Shown here in pieces: positions 40,571-50,423 of a stretch of DNA of 55,029 nucleotides (positions are counted from its first letter, which is position 1; each line of letters begins with the position of its first letter). Location of the stretch: positions 1 to 55,029 of the forward strand of contig CBDUYR010000016.1 of the NCBI GenBank assembly GCA_965371515.1, in the 5' to 3' direction. The notes under the pieces were generated by a model. The model saw only the letters and a program-made list of their open reading frames with translations, ran no database searches and was not told the DNA's origin. This DNA is from an uncultured bacterium. Its GTDB lineage: Bacteria; Krumholzibacteriota; Krumholzibacteriia; Krumholzibacteriales; Krumholzibacteriaceae. A program made the position numbers and the translations under genes.

Positions 40571-42655
40571 ATGCGTTGGATGCAAGATTATCTCCTGATG
40601 GCGGCTATATATACGATTTTTATCGTATGTGCTTCATTATGGGGTCCCGCAGCCTGGTTTCTCATCCCGGTAGGTCTAGCTGTGGCCGCTATCGCCGGCT
40701 GGAGGCGGAGGCGCCTGCGCGGCAAGCGGATAGAGAACATACGGAAGAGACTGTCTAATCTCAAGGGCGAAGAGCTCTTCCTCGACGAGAATATCGGGGG
40801 CACTGGCGACGATGTCTTCTACAGGGTGATAATCACCCTCCTGACCGACCTCGAGCGGACCCTCTTCAAGCTCGTGGAAAAGAATATCCAGCTGCTCAGC
40901 CTGAAAGAGATCGGACGGAGCATTATAAGCTCAATGGACGAGAAGAAACTCGTCGATTCTGTTTTCGATTATCTGGTGAACGGTGTAGGTTACAAGGAAG
41001 CGGCGTTCGTAATACTCCGCAGGAAGAAGAAGTGTTTCCAGGCCATCGTGACTATCGAGAGGGCCACCAAGCTCGTACGACGCATCGTGAATTTCGGGCT
41101 CGAGGACCTGGACGGGGTTGTCAGGAACTCCCTGGCCACCGGGAAGGCCTTTCTCATCAAGGATGTCAGGATGCACCCCCTGATAGACGTCGAGGGGGAA
41201 CCTCTCTTCCCGGACAGTACGATGGAGTCTTATATCTGCGTGCCCCTGATGAAATCCTCAGGCGACTGGGAATGCTGCAAGGCCGATTCCTGTATCCTCA
41301 AACAGACGGGGACCTGCGACAAGGTCTCCGGCGACTCGACGCCTCTCCTGACCCATACGGAATGCCTGTCCTGTCCCGACATGCCCCTTCTCGGGGCACT
41401 TCTCGTCACAGACGGATACAGATCCACCTCCCTGACCAATATCGATCAGGTCACCGTTGAGACTGTAGGATCGCTCGTCAGCTCGAATATGGAGAACTGG
41501 ATGCTCTACCAGGAGCTGCGACAGGAAGAGAGGTTCCGGGAAAATGTCTTCGAGGGGATGATGCACGGGCTGATCGTGGCCGATATGGACGGAAACATCA
41601 CGTTCGCCAACAGGAGCGCGAGAGAGATGAGCGGGCTCGACGAGCAGGAGATACTCTCCAGGCATATCGACGAGCTCATCAGCAATGAAGATTCGGGAAA
41701 GGGACGCAACGGCTCAACGGTCTTCATGGCGCTGGATATTAAGGATCCGATAGCGTTTCACGAGGCCTACCTCATGAGTCCGGAAGTTTCAAGCATACCG
41801 GTCAGAATGAATGTATCCAGATTAATAGGCGACGACAACGAGATGCAGGGAGCAATTGTCCTCTTCTCCGATCTCAGCGAGATAAAGCGGATGGAAGAGG
41901 CGATCAGGCATCTGGACAACCTTGCCGTTCTCGGACGCTTCACTTCGGCAGTTGCCCACGAGATAAGAAATCCCCTTACCGGTATAGCAGCCGGTGTCCA
42001 GTACCTCGATCGGAGCACCGAACTGAACGAGGAGCACAAGGAGAACATTTCGCATATCCTCGGTGAGGTGGCGAGACTGAACAGGATCATCACAGATCTT
42101 TTCAAGGTTGCCAAACCGCGGGACCTCCTCTACCAGGAATCCGACCTGGCCTCGATCGTCGAGAAATCGTACAAGTCTGTCAGCGATGTCATCGAGTCCA
42201 GGAAGGTAGAATTCAGCATCAGTATCGCACAAGATATTCCGAAGGTAGAGGTCGATCCCGACCAGATCACCCAGGTGCTGATCAATCTGATAAAGAATGC
42301 TGCAGAAGCGGTCGAAGAGGGGGGTAGGGTCAGAGTAATAGCGAAACCGTTCGACGACAACGATCCCGAGATTCGGAGGCAGAAAGGGAAAGATACGATT
42401 ATCATAGATGTAGCGGACAACGGACCAGGGATAGACGGGAGGGACAAACAGAGGATATTCCTGCCGTTCTTCTCGAGGAAGAAAGGCGGGACGGGACTGG
42501 GACTTTTTGTGACTCACAGCATAATTCAGAACCATCAGGGGAGTATTAAGGTGATTTCGGAGCCCGGTGATGGTACGATATTCCGCGTCTATTTGCCTGT
42601 GACGCGTCCAGTACAGGGAGGAAAAGTTGAAACCGGTAGTGCTTCTAGTAGATGA
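40571..42655 (+). CDS. Membrane sensor histidine kinase (2 TM, GAF with Cys-rich insert, PAS, HisKA, HATPase)
   Basis: AHEIRNPL, QVLINLIKNA, DNGPG, PFFS.K.GGTGLGL. Confidence 0.95.
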   Translation: MRWMQDYLLMAAIYTIFIVCASLWGPAAWFLIPVGLAVAAIAGWRRRRLRGKRIENIRKRLSNLKGEELFLDENIGGTGDDVFYRVIITLLTDLERTLFKLVEKNIQLLSLKEIGRSIISSMDEKKLVDSVFDYLVNGVGYKEAAFVILRRKKKCFQAIVTIERATKLVRRIVNFGLEDLDGVVRNSLATGKAFLIKDVRMHPLIDVEGEPLFPDSTMESYICVPLMKSSGDWECCKADSCILKQTGTCDKVSGDSTPLLTHTECLSCPDMPLLGALLVTDGYRSTSLTNIDQVTVETVGSLVSSNMENWMLYQELRQEERFRENVFEGMMHGLIVADMDGNITFANRSAREMSGLDEQEILSRHIDELISNEDSGKGRNGSTVFMALDIKDPIAFHEAYLMSPEVSSIPVRMNVSRLIGDDNEMQGAIVLFSDLSEIKRMEEAIRHLDNLAVLGRFTSAVAHEIRNPLTGIAAGVQYLDRSTELNEEHKENISHILGEVARLNRIITDLFKVAKPRDLLYQESDLASIVEKSYKSVSDVIESRKVEFSISIAQDIPKVEVDPDQITQVLINLIKNAAEAVEEGGRVRVIAKPFDDNDPEIRRQKGKDTIIIDVADNGPGIDGRDKQRIFLPFFSRKKGGTGLGLFVTHSIIQNHQGSIKVISEPGDGTIFRVYLPVTRPVQGGKVETGSASSR

Positions 42656-44051
42656 CGAAGACACAATACGTCTGTTTCTCGAAAAAACGCTGAGGGACGA
42701 GGGGTATGAAGCCCTGACCGCCGCCACGGGTGAAGAGGCGCTCGAGCTGACGAGGAGCGAGCTGCCCGACCTTATCCTGCTGGATCTGAAGCTTCCTGAC
42801 ATCAATGGGATCGAGGTCCTTCAGCGGGTGAAGGAAGAGGTCCCCGAGGTCAGCGTCATAATGCTGACTGCCTTCGGTGATATAGAGACCGCAGTTTCCG
42901 CCATCAAGAAGGGCGCCTTCGATTTCGTAAGCAAACCCGTGAACCTCGAGCAGCTGCTCCTTGCAGTCGAGAAGGGACTGGAGTCACAGAAACTGAACAG
43001 GGAACTCTTCCAGCTCAGGCGCAGGCTCAAGATCGAGATGGACGACGGGCACGTTCCCGGGGAGAGCTCTCAGATGAAGGAGATCTACGATGTCGTGAGG
43101 ACGGTCGCTCAGAGCGAGACCACGACGGTTCTCATCCAGGGGGAGAGCGGGACGGGCAAGGAATTGATCGCAAATATGATTCACCGCTACAGTCCCCGGC
43201 ATGACAAGCCGTTCCTCGAGATCAACTGTGCCTCCCTGCCAGAGGAGCTGCTAGAGAGCGAACTCTTCGGGCACGAGAGGGGAGCCTTTACAGATGCAAA
43301 AACCCAGAAGGTTGGGCTGCTCGAACTGGCTAACAAGGGAACGCTGTTCCTCGACGAGATCGGGGAGATGAGTCTTACTATCCAGGTGAAACTTCTGAGA
43401 GTACTCGAGCGTATGACATTCAGGAGGGTAGGAGGCACCAAGGACATCAAGGTCAGTATCAGGATCATATCCGCGACAAACAGGGATCTCGAGGAGGCGG
43501 TCCGGGATAAGATCTTCCGCGAGGATCTCTATTACAGGCTCAAGGTGATCCCGATCTTTATCCCGCCGCTGCGTGAGCGCAAGGAGGACATTTACCTTCT
43601 CCTCAAGCATTTTCTCAGCAGGTTCAACACGCAGTTCAACAAGAATTTCGTAGAGATTGAAGACGAGACTTTCGAGATGATTCTCGCCTATCCATGGCCG
43701 GGAAACATCCGCGAGTTAAAAAACATAGTAGAACGGATAGTCCTCCTGGAGGACGATTCCGTCCTGAAACCGGCGCATCTGCCCGAGAGCATACGCAGCG
43801 GAGGTTCGGACGCCCCCCGGAAATCGGTTGTGCAGCAGATAGAAGTCTCTCTCGGAAGGCCGTTTCCCGATGATGGTATCGAATTCGAGGAGTTGGTCAG
43901 GGAGACGGAAATGGAATTGATATCCAAGGCGATGAAGGAAGCCGCCGGGAATCAGAGCAAGGCCTCGAGGCTCCTGCGTCTGAATCGCGACAAACTCAGA
44001 TACAGGCTGAAGAACTTCGATATGGGACATGGTGGAAACGGGGATGAATAG
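42627..44051 (+). CDS. Sigma54-dependent response regulator (NtrC/AtoC family)
   Basis: REC domain, GESGTGKE, GAFTDA, FLDEIGE, WPGNIREL, Fis HTH. Confidence 0.97.
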   Translation: MKPVVLLVDDEDTIRLFLEKTLRDEGYEALTAATGEEALELTRSELPDLILLDLKLPDINGIEVLQRVKEEVPEVSVIMLTAFGDIETAVSAIKKGAFDFVSKPVNLEQLLLAVEKGLESQKLNRELFQLRRRLKIEMDDGHVPGESSQMKEIYDVVRTVAQSETTTVLIQGESGTGKELIANMIHRYSPRHDKPFLEINCASLPEELLESELFGHERGAFTDAKTQKVGLLELANKGTLFLDEIGEMSLTIQVKLLRVLERMTFRRVGGTKDIKVSIRIISATNRDLEEAVRDKIFREDLYYRLKVIPIFIPPLRERKEDIYLLLKHFLSRFNTQFNKNFVEIEDETFEMILAYPWPGNIRELKNIVERIVLLEDDSVLKPAHLPESIRSGGSDAPRKSVVQQIEVSLGRPFPDDGIEFEELVRETEMELISKAMKEAAGNQSKASRLLRLNRDKLRYRLKNFDMGHGGNGDE

Positions 44052-44559
44052 CAGAGCTCTCGCAATGACCATCCTGATGACGGGAGCATTCATTGCCGCG
44101 TCATGCGCGTATTACGGTACGACGAGCAGGACGGCCGGTGACATCGCCAGGATCTCGGTACCGTATTTTTCGAACAAGACGTCAGAGCCCGACGTGGAGA
44201 TCGAGATCACGGACCAGATAATCTTAGGAATCGCAAAGGACAATACACTGAAGGTAGTCGACGAGACCGAGTCAGACGCATCACTCGAAGGCACGGTCAC
44301 GAAATACAGAAATACGCCGTTCACATTCGAGCATGGCGAGACGCAGATTCAGGCCGAGCAGTACCGCCTGCTGATAGAGATAAAGGTTTCCTTGTTCAGT
44401 CCCTCTCAGAACGCGTACATCTACGAGAACAAGGTGATAAGAGCGCACGGGGATTACTATCTGGAGACGACGGGAGACCAGACTTATGATAACGCCATCG
44501 AAGAGGTCTACCAGGATCTCGTCGAGGGAATACTTGCCGCAACAGTACAGGACTGGTAG
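44044..44559 (+). CDS. lptE: LPS assembly lipoprotein LptE family
   Basis: Lipobox IAASC, ISVPYFSNKT, ends in DW, immediately before holA. Confidence 0.8.
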   Translation: MNSRALAMTILMTGAFIAASCAYYGTTSRTAGDIARISVPYFSNKTSEPDVEIEITDQIILGIAKDNTLKVVDETESDASLEGTVTKYRNTPFTFEHGETQIQAEQYRLLIEIKVSLFSPSQNAYIYENKVIRAHGDYYLETTGDQTYDNAIEEVYQDLVEGILAATVQDW

Positions 44560-44562
44560 GCC

Positions 44563-45597
44563 ATGAGAGCCGGACTCGACTATTACAGGAAGACATTCGC
44601 TGAGATCGACTCCGGAGAGGCGCTGCCGGTCTATCTGCTCAAGGGCGACGAGTATTTCGTGATGGAGGAGCTGGCGGCGCGCCTGACTGACAGGTTCGTC
44701 CAGGAAGATATGAGGAGCTTCAACCTCAGCGTCGACCACGGTTCCGAGATCGATATGAAGACATTTATATCCACGGCCCGTTCATTCCCGTTCCTCTCGG
44801 ACCGGAGGGTCATGATAATCCGTGAGCTGGAGCGTTTGAAGGGAAGGTGGAAGCCGCTTGTCGAGTATTTCGGCGATCCTGTAGATTCGACGGTCGTCAT
44901 ACTGCTCTTTACCACTTGCGACGACAAGGGGAGGAGAATCAAGCCACCGAGGGACTTCGCCGCGCTGGAAAAAGCGGTCAAGGCCAAGGGCAGAGTGATA
45001 CAGTTCGACCGCCTTAATGACAGCGGAGTGAGAAAGTGGGTCTCCTCGAGGGCGAGACGACTAAAGTTCGAGATGGACGACAGGGCCGTCAGCAGATTGC
45101 TCTCAAGCACTGGAACGAATCTCTACGATCTAAGCAACGAGCTGGAAAAGCTCGGTGTTGCTTTCGAGGGCGGTCGTGTGACCGGGAAGGATGTGGCGGC
45201 TGTAATCGGCAGCTACAGGATGAGGAGTGTCTTCGACATGCTCGACAGTATCCGAGACAACGATCCGGCCTCCGCACTTATGATCCTGTCCGGCATCATT
45301 AATTCTGGTGCGGAAAGACCCTCTGTAGTAGTCTATCAGTTGATACGTCACTTTCTGGCCCTGCTGCGGATCAAGGCGGGACAGGGTGGTGGGGGTTACA
45401 GGTACGATAAACTCAAGGATGAGGCCGGAAGGCTGAAGACCAACGACGTAATGATCTGGCTGGAAAATCTGAGGATGACCGAGATCCTCATGAAGAGTAC
45501 GGCGTTTCCAGAGGAATTACTCCTCGACAACGCTATACTCCACTCGATGAACGGCAGGCTGATCGATCACGAAGCGGGAAGGGCCGGTGCGGCATAA
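44563..45597 (+). CDS. holA: DNA polymerase III delta subunit
   Basis: PVYLLKGDE, PFLSDRRV, NELEKL; lptE-holA context. Confidence 0.9.
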   Translation: MRAGLDYYRKTFAEIDSGEALPVYLLKGDEYFVMEELAARLTDRFVQEDMRSFNLSVDHGSEIDMKTFISTARSFPFLSDRRVMIIRELERLKGRWKPLVEYFGDPVDSTVVILLFTTCDDKGRRIKPPRDFAALEKAVKAKGRVIQFDRLNDSGVRKWVSSRARRLKFEMDDRAVSRLLSSTGTNLYDLSNELEKLGVAFEGGRVTGKDVAAVIGSYRMRSVFDMLDSIRDNDPASALMILSGIINSGAERPSVVVYQLIRHFLALLRIKAGQGGGGYRYDKLKDEAGRLKTNDVMIWLENLRMTEILMKSTAFPEELLLDNAILHSMNGRLIDHEAGRAGAA

Positions 45598-45625
45598 GGA
45601 ATCTGATGATGCGGGGGTGAAGCTC

Positions 45626-45967
45626 ATGAGCACTGATACAAAAGTGAGAAAGGTCTCCGACAAGGAATTTGTCGACGCCGTGCTGGAATCAGGAAAGCCG
45701 GCGGTAGTCGATTTTTGGGCAACGTGGTGTGTACCATGCAGGAGACTGGACGAAATACTGCACGATGTGGCATCTGACTACGACGGAAAGGTCTCGTTCT
45801 TCAAGGTCGACGTGAACGAAAGCAACCAGACGGCCAACCGGTATTCGGTAAGAAGCATTCCCATGCTCCTTTTCTTCAACGGGGGCGAGATAGTGGACAG
45901 CGCAGTGGGTTCGCTCACGAGGGAAGCTATAGAGGAAAAACTCAAGTCCATGCTTGAATCGGCTTGA
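45626..45967 (+). CDS. Thioredoxin
   Basis: VDFWATWCVPC, VRSIPML. Confidence 0.93.
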   Translation: MSTDTKVRKVSDKEFVDAVLESGKPAVVDFWATWCVPCRRLDEILHDVASDYDGKVSFFKVDVNESNQTANRYSVRSIPMLLFFNGGEIVDSAVGSLTREAIEEKLKSMLESA

Positions 45968-46050
45968 GACAGGATGCCCGGATTCCTATCTTCTGATATA
46001 CGTTGATGAAATTACGTCATCTCCCGTGAGGGAGAGGGAGGCTGGTCGCT

Positions 46051-46296
46051 ATGGCAGGTAGCGAAGAGATAAGGATAATTGCCAGGGGGCTGAACCCGCC
46101 GGGGCCGCTGCTGCTCGTAAAGAAGAGGCTGGAGGAGCTCAGGGGGGGGCGCCTGAGAGTAATCGTATCCAGCGAGGCTGCGGCCTATGAACTTGTGAAC
46201 TACTTTACCGGCATGGATGCGGACGTGGAGATAGACCACGCTGGAGACGACATACATGTTGTCGTGGACCTGACAGAATCCGGAGAAGACGCATAA
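46051..46296 (+). CDS. TusA/SirA-like protein lacking the catalytic Cys
   Basis: ARGLNPPGP in place of (D)ARGLxCPxP; about 80 aa TusA-like pattern. Confidence 0.65.
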   Translation: MAGSEEIRIIARGLNPPGPLLLVKKRLEELRGGRLRVIVSSEAAAYELVNYFTGMDADVEIDHAGDDIHVVVDLTESGEDA

Positions 46297-48800
46297 TGGA
46301 GGATTTCTTCCCGTTCAGAGAAACCGAGAGCAAGTGGCAGGAACGCTGGGGCGACCTGTTCCGCTGCGATTCGGCCGACACCGAAGACAAGTATTATTGC
46401 CTCATGATGTTCCCGTACCCCTCGGGAAACCTGCATGTTGGGCACGGGAGGAACTATATCATAGGGGATGCCCTGGCAAGATACAAGATGATGGAGGGCA
46501 AGAACGTTCTAGCACCTATGGGATGGGACTCGTTCGGACTGCCGGCCGAGAACGCAGCCATCAAGAACAATATCAGGCCCGCGAAATGGACCGAGGACAA
46601 TATTGCCTACATGAAGAAGCAGTTCTACCAGTGGGGAGTGATGTACGACTGGTCCAGAGAGGTCGCCTCCTGCAAACCCGATTACTACAAGTGGACGCAG
46701 TGGCTGTTTCGCGAACTGTTCGATGCGGGGCTTGCCTACCAGGCCGAAGCTTCGGTTAACTGGTGTCCTTCATGCAAGACCGTTCTTGCGAACGAGCAGG
46801 TCGTCGGGGGAGAGTGCGAGCGGTGTGACAGCACGGTCGAGCAGAAAAACCTCAGGCAGTGGTTCTTCAGGATAACGGAATACGCGGACAGGCTCCTCGA
46901 CGATCTGGATAAACTCGACAAATGGCCGGAGCGCGTGCGCGTGATGCAGAAGAACTGGATAGGCCGCTCGGAAGGCGTCGAGGTAGACTTTCCACTGGAG
47001 AAAAGCGATGAGGTGCTCGACTGCTTCACGACGCGCGTCGATACAATTTACGGAGCGACGTTCATCGTAATCGCCGCTGATCATCCCCTGGCCGCAGGGC
47101 TGATCGCAAGAGGGGGGAAGGAGGAGGAGGGTGAGGTCTTTGTGGCCCATGCAAGGGAGCTCCGTCTCCAGGAACGAGAGAAGACCGAATTCACCAAGGA
47201 GGGCTTCTTCACCGGATGCTATGCGGTCAATCCCGCCACCGGCTTGAAGATTCCCGTTTTCCTGGCAAGCTACGTCCTGATGGATTACGGAACGGGAGTA
47301 GTAATGGGCGTTCCGGCGCACGACCAGAGGGACTTCGAGTTCGTCAAGGAATCTCCCGTAGAGATACCCGTGGCACAGGTCATTCTTCCTGAAGGCGATG
47401 AAGCGGTCGAATTGACAGAGGCATATGTCGAAGATGGCTTGATGATCAACTCACAGCAGTTCGACGGCATGGGAAACAGAGAGGCGATGGAGAAGATAAC
47501 AGATTTCCTTGCGGAGAAGGGGCTGGCCAGGAGGACTGTTCAATACAGACTCAGGGACTGGCTTATATCACGGCAGAGATACTGGGGCGCTCCTATCCCG
47601 ATGATCCACTGCGGGAAATGCGGCATAGTGCCCGTCCCTGAGGATCAGCTGCCGGTTCTGCTTCCCGAGGACGTTGATTTCATGCCGAGAGGCGACGGTA
47701 AGTCGCCGCTTGCCGCATCGGATGATTTTGTAAATGTTGATTGTCCTGTATGCGGCGGAAAGGCGAAACGGGATACCGATACGATGGACACATTCGTCGA
47801 TTCGAGCTGGTACTTTCTGCGGTATCTCTCGCCGAAGGACGGCGAAAAGGCATTCGATCCGGGCCTCGTCGACAGCTGGCTTCCCGTAGATCAGTACATA
47901 GGAGGGATCGAACATGCGATCCTGCACCTCCTCTACTCCCGGTTTATAGTCAAGTGCTTATATGACAGGAAGTTAACATCATTCGACGAACCTTTCGACA
48001 GTCTTTTCACACAAGGAATGATTACGAGAAATGGTGCTAAGATGTCGAAAAGCACTGGAAATACAGTAGATCCGAAACCTCTGATCGAGAAATACGGCGC
48101 CGATACGGTGAGGATATACACGCTTTTTATCGGTCCGCCGGAAAAGGACGCCGAGTGGAACGACCGCGCCGTCGAGGGCGCATCGAGGTTTGTAAACAGA
48201 GTCTGGAGGCTCTATGCGAACCACAGGAAGATTCTCGAATCTGATGGAGATCCTGCCGGACTGGACCCCGAAAAGTTTACGGAGATACAGAAATCATTGT
48301 ACAGAAAGACCCAGCAGTCGATGGACAGGATCAAGAGAGATATCTTCGGCGGTTCGTTTCATTTCAACACGGCAATAAGCGCTTTGATGGAACTGGTCAA
48401 CGAAATGTACCTTTATATTGAGAAGGACGGGGAGTTCGTCTCGGGCGAAGCGAGATCGATGAATCTTTTCAGATATTCATTAAGTACGATTCTGTTGCTC
48501 CTGGCGCCGATGGCGCCGCACATGTGCGAGGAGATCTGGGAACGCATGGGAAATGATGGATCGATATTCCTGCAGAGGCTTCCGGAAGCCGATCCGGCAT
48601 GGCTCAAGGGAGACATTTATACGCTTGTCGTCCAGGTGAATGGAAAGGTACGATCCCGTATCGAAGCTGAACGGGAAGCTTCAAAGGAAGAGCTCGAGAG
48701 ACTCGCGCTTGCTGACGACAGGATCAAGGAATTCGTCGAAGGCAGGGATATTCGCAAGGTAATCGTCGTACCGGGGCGCCTCGTCAACATTGTCGTCTAA
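46296..48800 (+). CDS. leuS: Leucine--tRNA ligase
   Basis: [37 protein letters not shown]. Confidence 0.99.
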   Translation: MEDFFPFRETESKWQERWGDLFRCDSADTEDKYYCLMMFPYPSGNLHVGHGRNYIIGDALARYKMMEGKNVLAPMGWDSFGLPAENAAIKNNIRPAKWTEDNIAYMKKQFYQWGVMYDWSREVASCKPDYYKWTQWLFRELFDAGLAYQAEASVNWCPSCKTVLANEQVVGGECERCDSTVEQKNLRQWFFRITEYADRLLDDLDKLDKWPERVRVMQKNWIGRSEGVEVDFPLEKSDEVLDCFTTRVDTIYGATFIVIAADHPLAAGLIARGGKEEEGEVFVAHARELRLQEREKTEFTKEGFFTGCYAVNPATGLKIPVFLASYVLMDYGTGVVMGVPAHDQRDFEFVKESPVEIPVAQVILPEGDEAVELTEAYVEDGLMINSQQFDGMGNREAMEKITDFLAEKGLARRTVQYRLRDWLISRQRYWGAPIPMIHCGKCGIVPVPEDQLPVLLPEDVDFMPRGDGKSPLAASDDFVNVDCPVCGGKAKRDTDTMDTFVDSSWYFLRYLSPKDGEKAFDPGLVDSWLPVDQYIGGIEHAILHLLYSRFIVKCLYDRKLTSFDEPFDSLFTQGMITRNGAKMSKSTGNTVDPKPLIEKYGADTVRIYTLFIGPPEKDAEWNDRAVEGASRFVNRVWRLYANHRKILESDGDPAGLDPEKFTEIQKSLYRKTQQSMDRIKRDIFGGSFHFNTAISALMELVNEMYLYIEKDGEFVSGEARSMNLFRYSLSTILLLLAPMAPHMCEEIWERMGNDGSIFLQRLPEADPAWLKGDIYTLVVQVNGKVRSRIEAEREASKEELERLALADDRIKEFVEGRDIRKVIVVPGRLVNIVV

Positions 48801-48818
48801 TCTTCCTGGAAAGATCAA

Positions 48819-49592
48819 ATGCTTCAAAAATTAAAAATCCTCCTTTGGTTTCTAAAACGACCTGAACTCTATCCTCACTTGATACATGTTGTTTTAAAAA
48901 AACTGTCCCCTGCGAGCGCTGCACGAGATGATAGTCGGCAGGAGGCTTTAGATTGGTGTGCGGGACTAGCTGTAGACACCAATACAGCACTTAAACAATT
49001 GACAGGTAAGACGGAGCCGACACCGGTTAAATCCTTGTTTTCTACTTATTTCGAAAATGCTGAGAGAATACTGAGAGAATGTCCGACGAAAATGGGCGGG
49101 CCTGGAGATGTAGACCTGCTTTACTGGTGTGCTGAGCATTTGAGAGCTACAAGGGTTATTGAAACAGGTGTTGCGTACGGATTCTCTTCGCTGGCAATCT
49201 TACTTTCTCTTCAAAAACGCAAAGAAGCAAAACTCATCAGCACTGATATGCCATATTATCTCCTGAATAATGAAAAATATGTCGGTTGCGTTGTACCAGA
49301 AGCAATTAGATCCAACTGGTGCCTTTTAAGGGCTGCTGACAGGCAAACTCTGCCGAAGGCACTGAAAATCCTTGAAATAATCGACTTGTGTCATTATGAC
49401 AGCGACAAGAGCTATGACGGTCGGATGTGGGCATACAAAATCTTGTGGGAGGCTCTTAGAACGGGCGGTTTCTTTATATCGGATGATATTGGAGACAATA
49501 CGGCATTTAAAGAGTTCTCAAAGATAGTCGAGAATAAGCCGATTATAATCAAAAAAATAAAAAACTACGCGGGTGTAATAGTAAAGAGTTAA
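48819..49592 (+). CDS. Class I SAM-dependent methyltransferase (Methyltransf_24-like), AT-rich
   Basis: IETGVAYGFSS, HYDSDK, L..GG..ISDDI. Codon usage is visibly AT-richer than the flanks. Confidence 0.85.
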   Translation: MLQKLKILLWFLKRPELYPHLIHVVLKKLSPASAARDDSRQEALDWCAGLAVDTNTALKQLTGKTEPTPVKSLFSTYFENAERILRECPTKMGGPGDVDLLYWCAEHLRATRVIETGVAYGFSSLAILLSLQKRKEAKLISTDMPYYLLNNEKYVGCVVPEAIRSNWCLLRAADRQTLPKALKILEIIDLCHYDSDKSYDGRMWAYKILWEALRTGGFFISDDIGDNTAFKEFSKIVENKPIIIKKIKNYAGVIVKS

Positions 49593-49633
49593 GGAAGCTA
49601 ACAGGACTATTCGAGGAAAAACCGGCATCTTGT

Positions 49634-49661
49634 GGTTAACATAATATATATTATGCGCCAT
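49634..49661 (-). other. dif: dif site (XerC/XerD recombination site)
   Basis: Minus strand ATGGCGCATAA-TATATA-TTATGTTAACC versus E. coli GGTGCGCATAA-TGTATA-TTATGTTAAAT. Confidence 0.88.
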
Positions 49662-49681
49662 ATATTAACAGGATAAATAAA

Positions 49682-49704
49682 GGGCCCGTTTTATCAACGG
49701 GCCC
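49682..49704 (-). terminator. Intrinsic terminator
   Basis: GGGCCCGTT/AACGGGCCC stem followed by a T-rich tract on the minus strand. Confidence 0.75.
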
Positions 49705-49733
49705 CTCTCTCTATCTCGATCTCTAGATGCTGG

Positions 49734-50318
49734 TCAGTCCTTGTACATCTCCTTGATGGCTCCCCAGGTCTTCTCTTCGGTCCCAAGGGCGCAGGTGCCG
49801 TCAGGATTTGAGAACCATCCGCCGAGAACACCAACGATCGTTCTCTCCGGATCGTCGCACATCGCTACAATGGGTTCGTAAGGCGGCGCAGGAAGTGCAT
49901 CGGACGCCATGATCCTCATCTGGAAAGGTGTATCAACCAGGAACGAAGTGATGGTTGCCGTGCCTATCAGCGTGTAATCGTCCCCGGCGCCGGTACAAAA
50001 AGCGTATGAGCACGCTATCCCCGTTGCGAGATCACCCATGGTCACAGATATCGCCGCGCTGGGCTCAAAGCCCCCAATGACAACAGTGCCAGGCGGAACA
50101 TCCAACTTGAACTCAGCGGCAAAGATACCGTCCGGTCCGGAGTCGCTCCTGAAGTACACGATCGCTATTTCATATTCAGCATACGGACCAATCGTATCGT
50201 CGCAGTCGCCACCTGTCGCCGCGCTGGTAGTAGTAAACAGCCCGATCGATCCCTGATGAGCGAACGCTCCCGTCGATAGAGCAATTATGAGCAGCGCTGC
50301 CATTGCCAGTCTCTTCAT
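49734..50318 (-). CDS. Secreted Cys-containing protein with C-terminal TWGxIK motif
   Basis: AAGGAGG RBS, signal peptide (MKRLAM..AFA), ends TEEKTWGAIKEMYKD. TTGACA-N18-TATTCT promoter upstream. Confidence 0.8.
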   Translation of the reverse strand: MKRLAMAALLIIALSTGAFAHQGSIGLFTTTSAATGGDCDDTIGPYAEYEIAIVYFRSDSGPDGIFAAEFKLDVPPGTVVIGGFEPSAAISVTMGDLATGIACSYAFCTGAGDDYTLIGTATITSFLVDTPFQMRIMASDALPAPPYEPIVAMCDDPERTIVGVLGGWFSNPDGTCALGTEEKTWGAIKEMYKD

Positions 50319-50423
50319 CTTGCCTTCCTCCTTCTTTCCTGTCTTCATGCCCTGTTTCACAAGTCCGTTTTCTTCCAATCAGCAGCAGAATAACTGCAGC
50401 TTTTTCAGAGTGTCAAGTAAAAA

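Noticed and set aside
46088..46100. Selenocysteine TGA near the TusA-like active site
   Set aside because: The TGA is out of frame (CTG AAC); the position encodes Pro.
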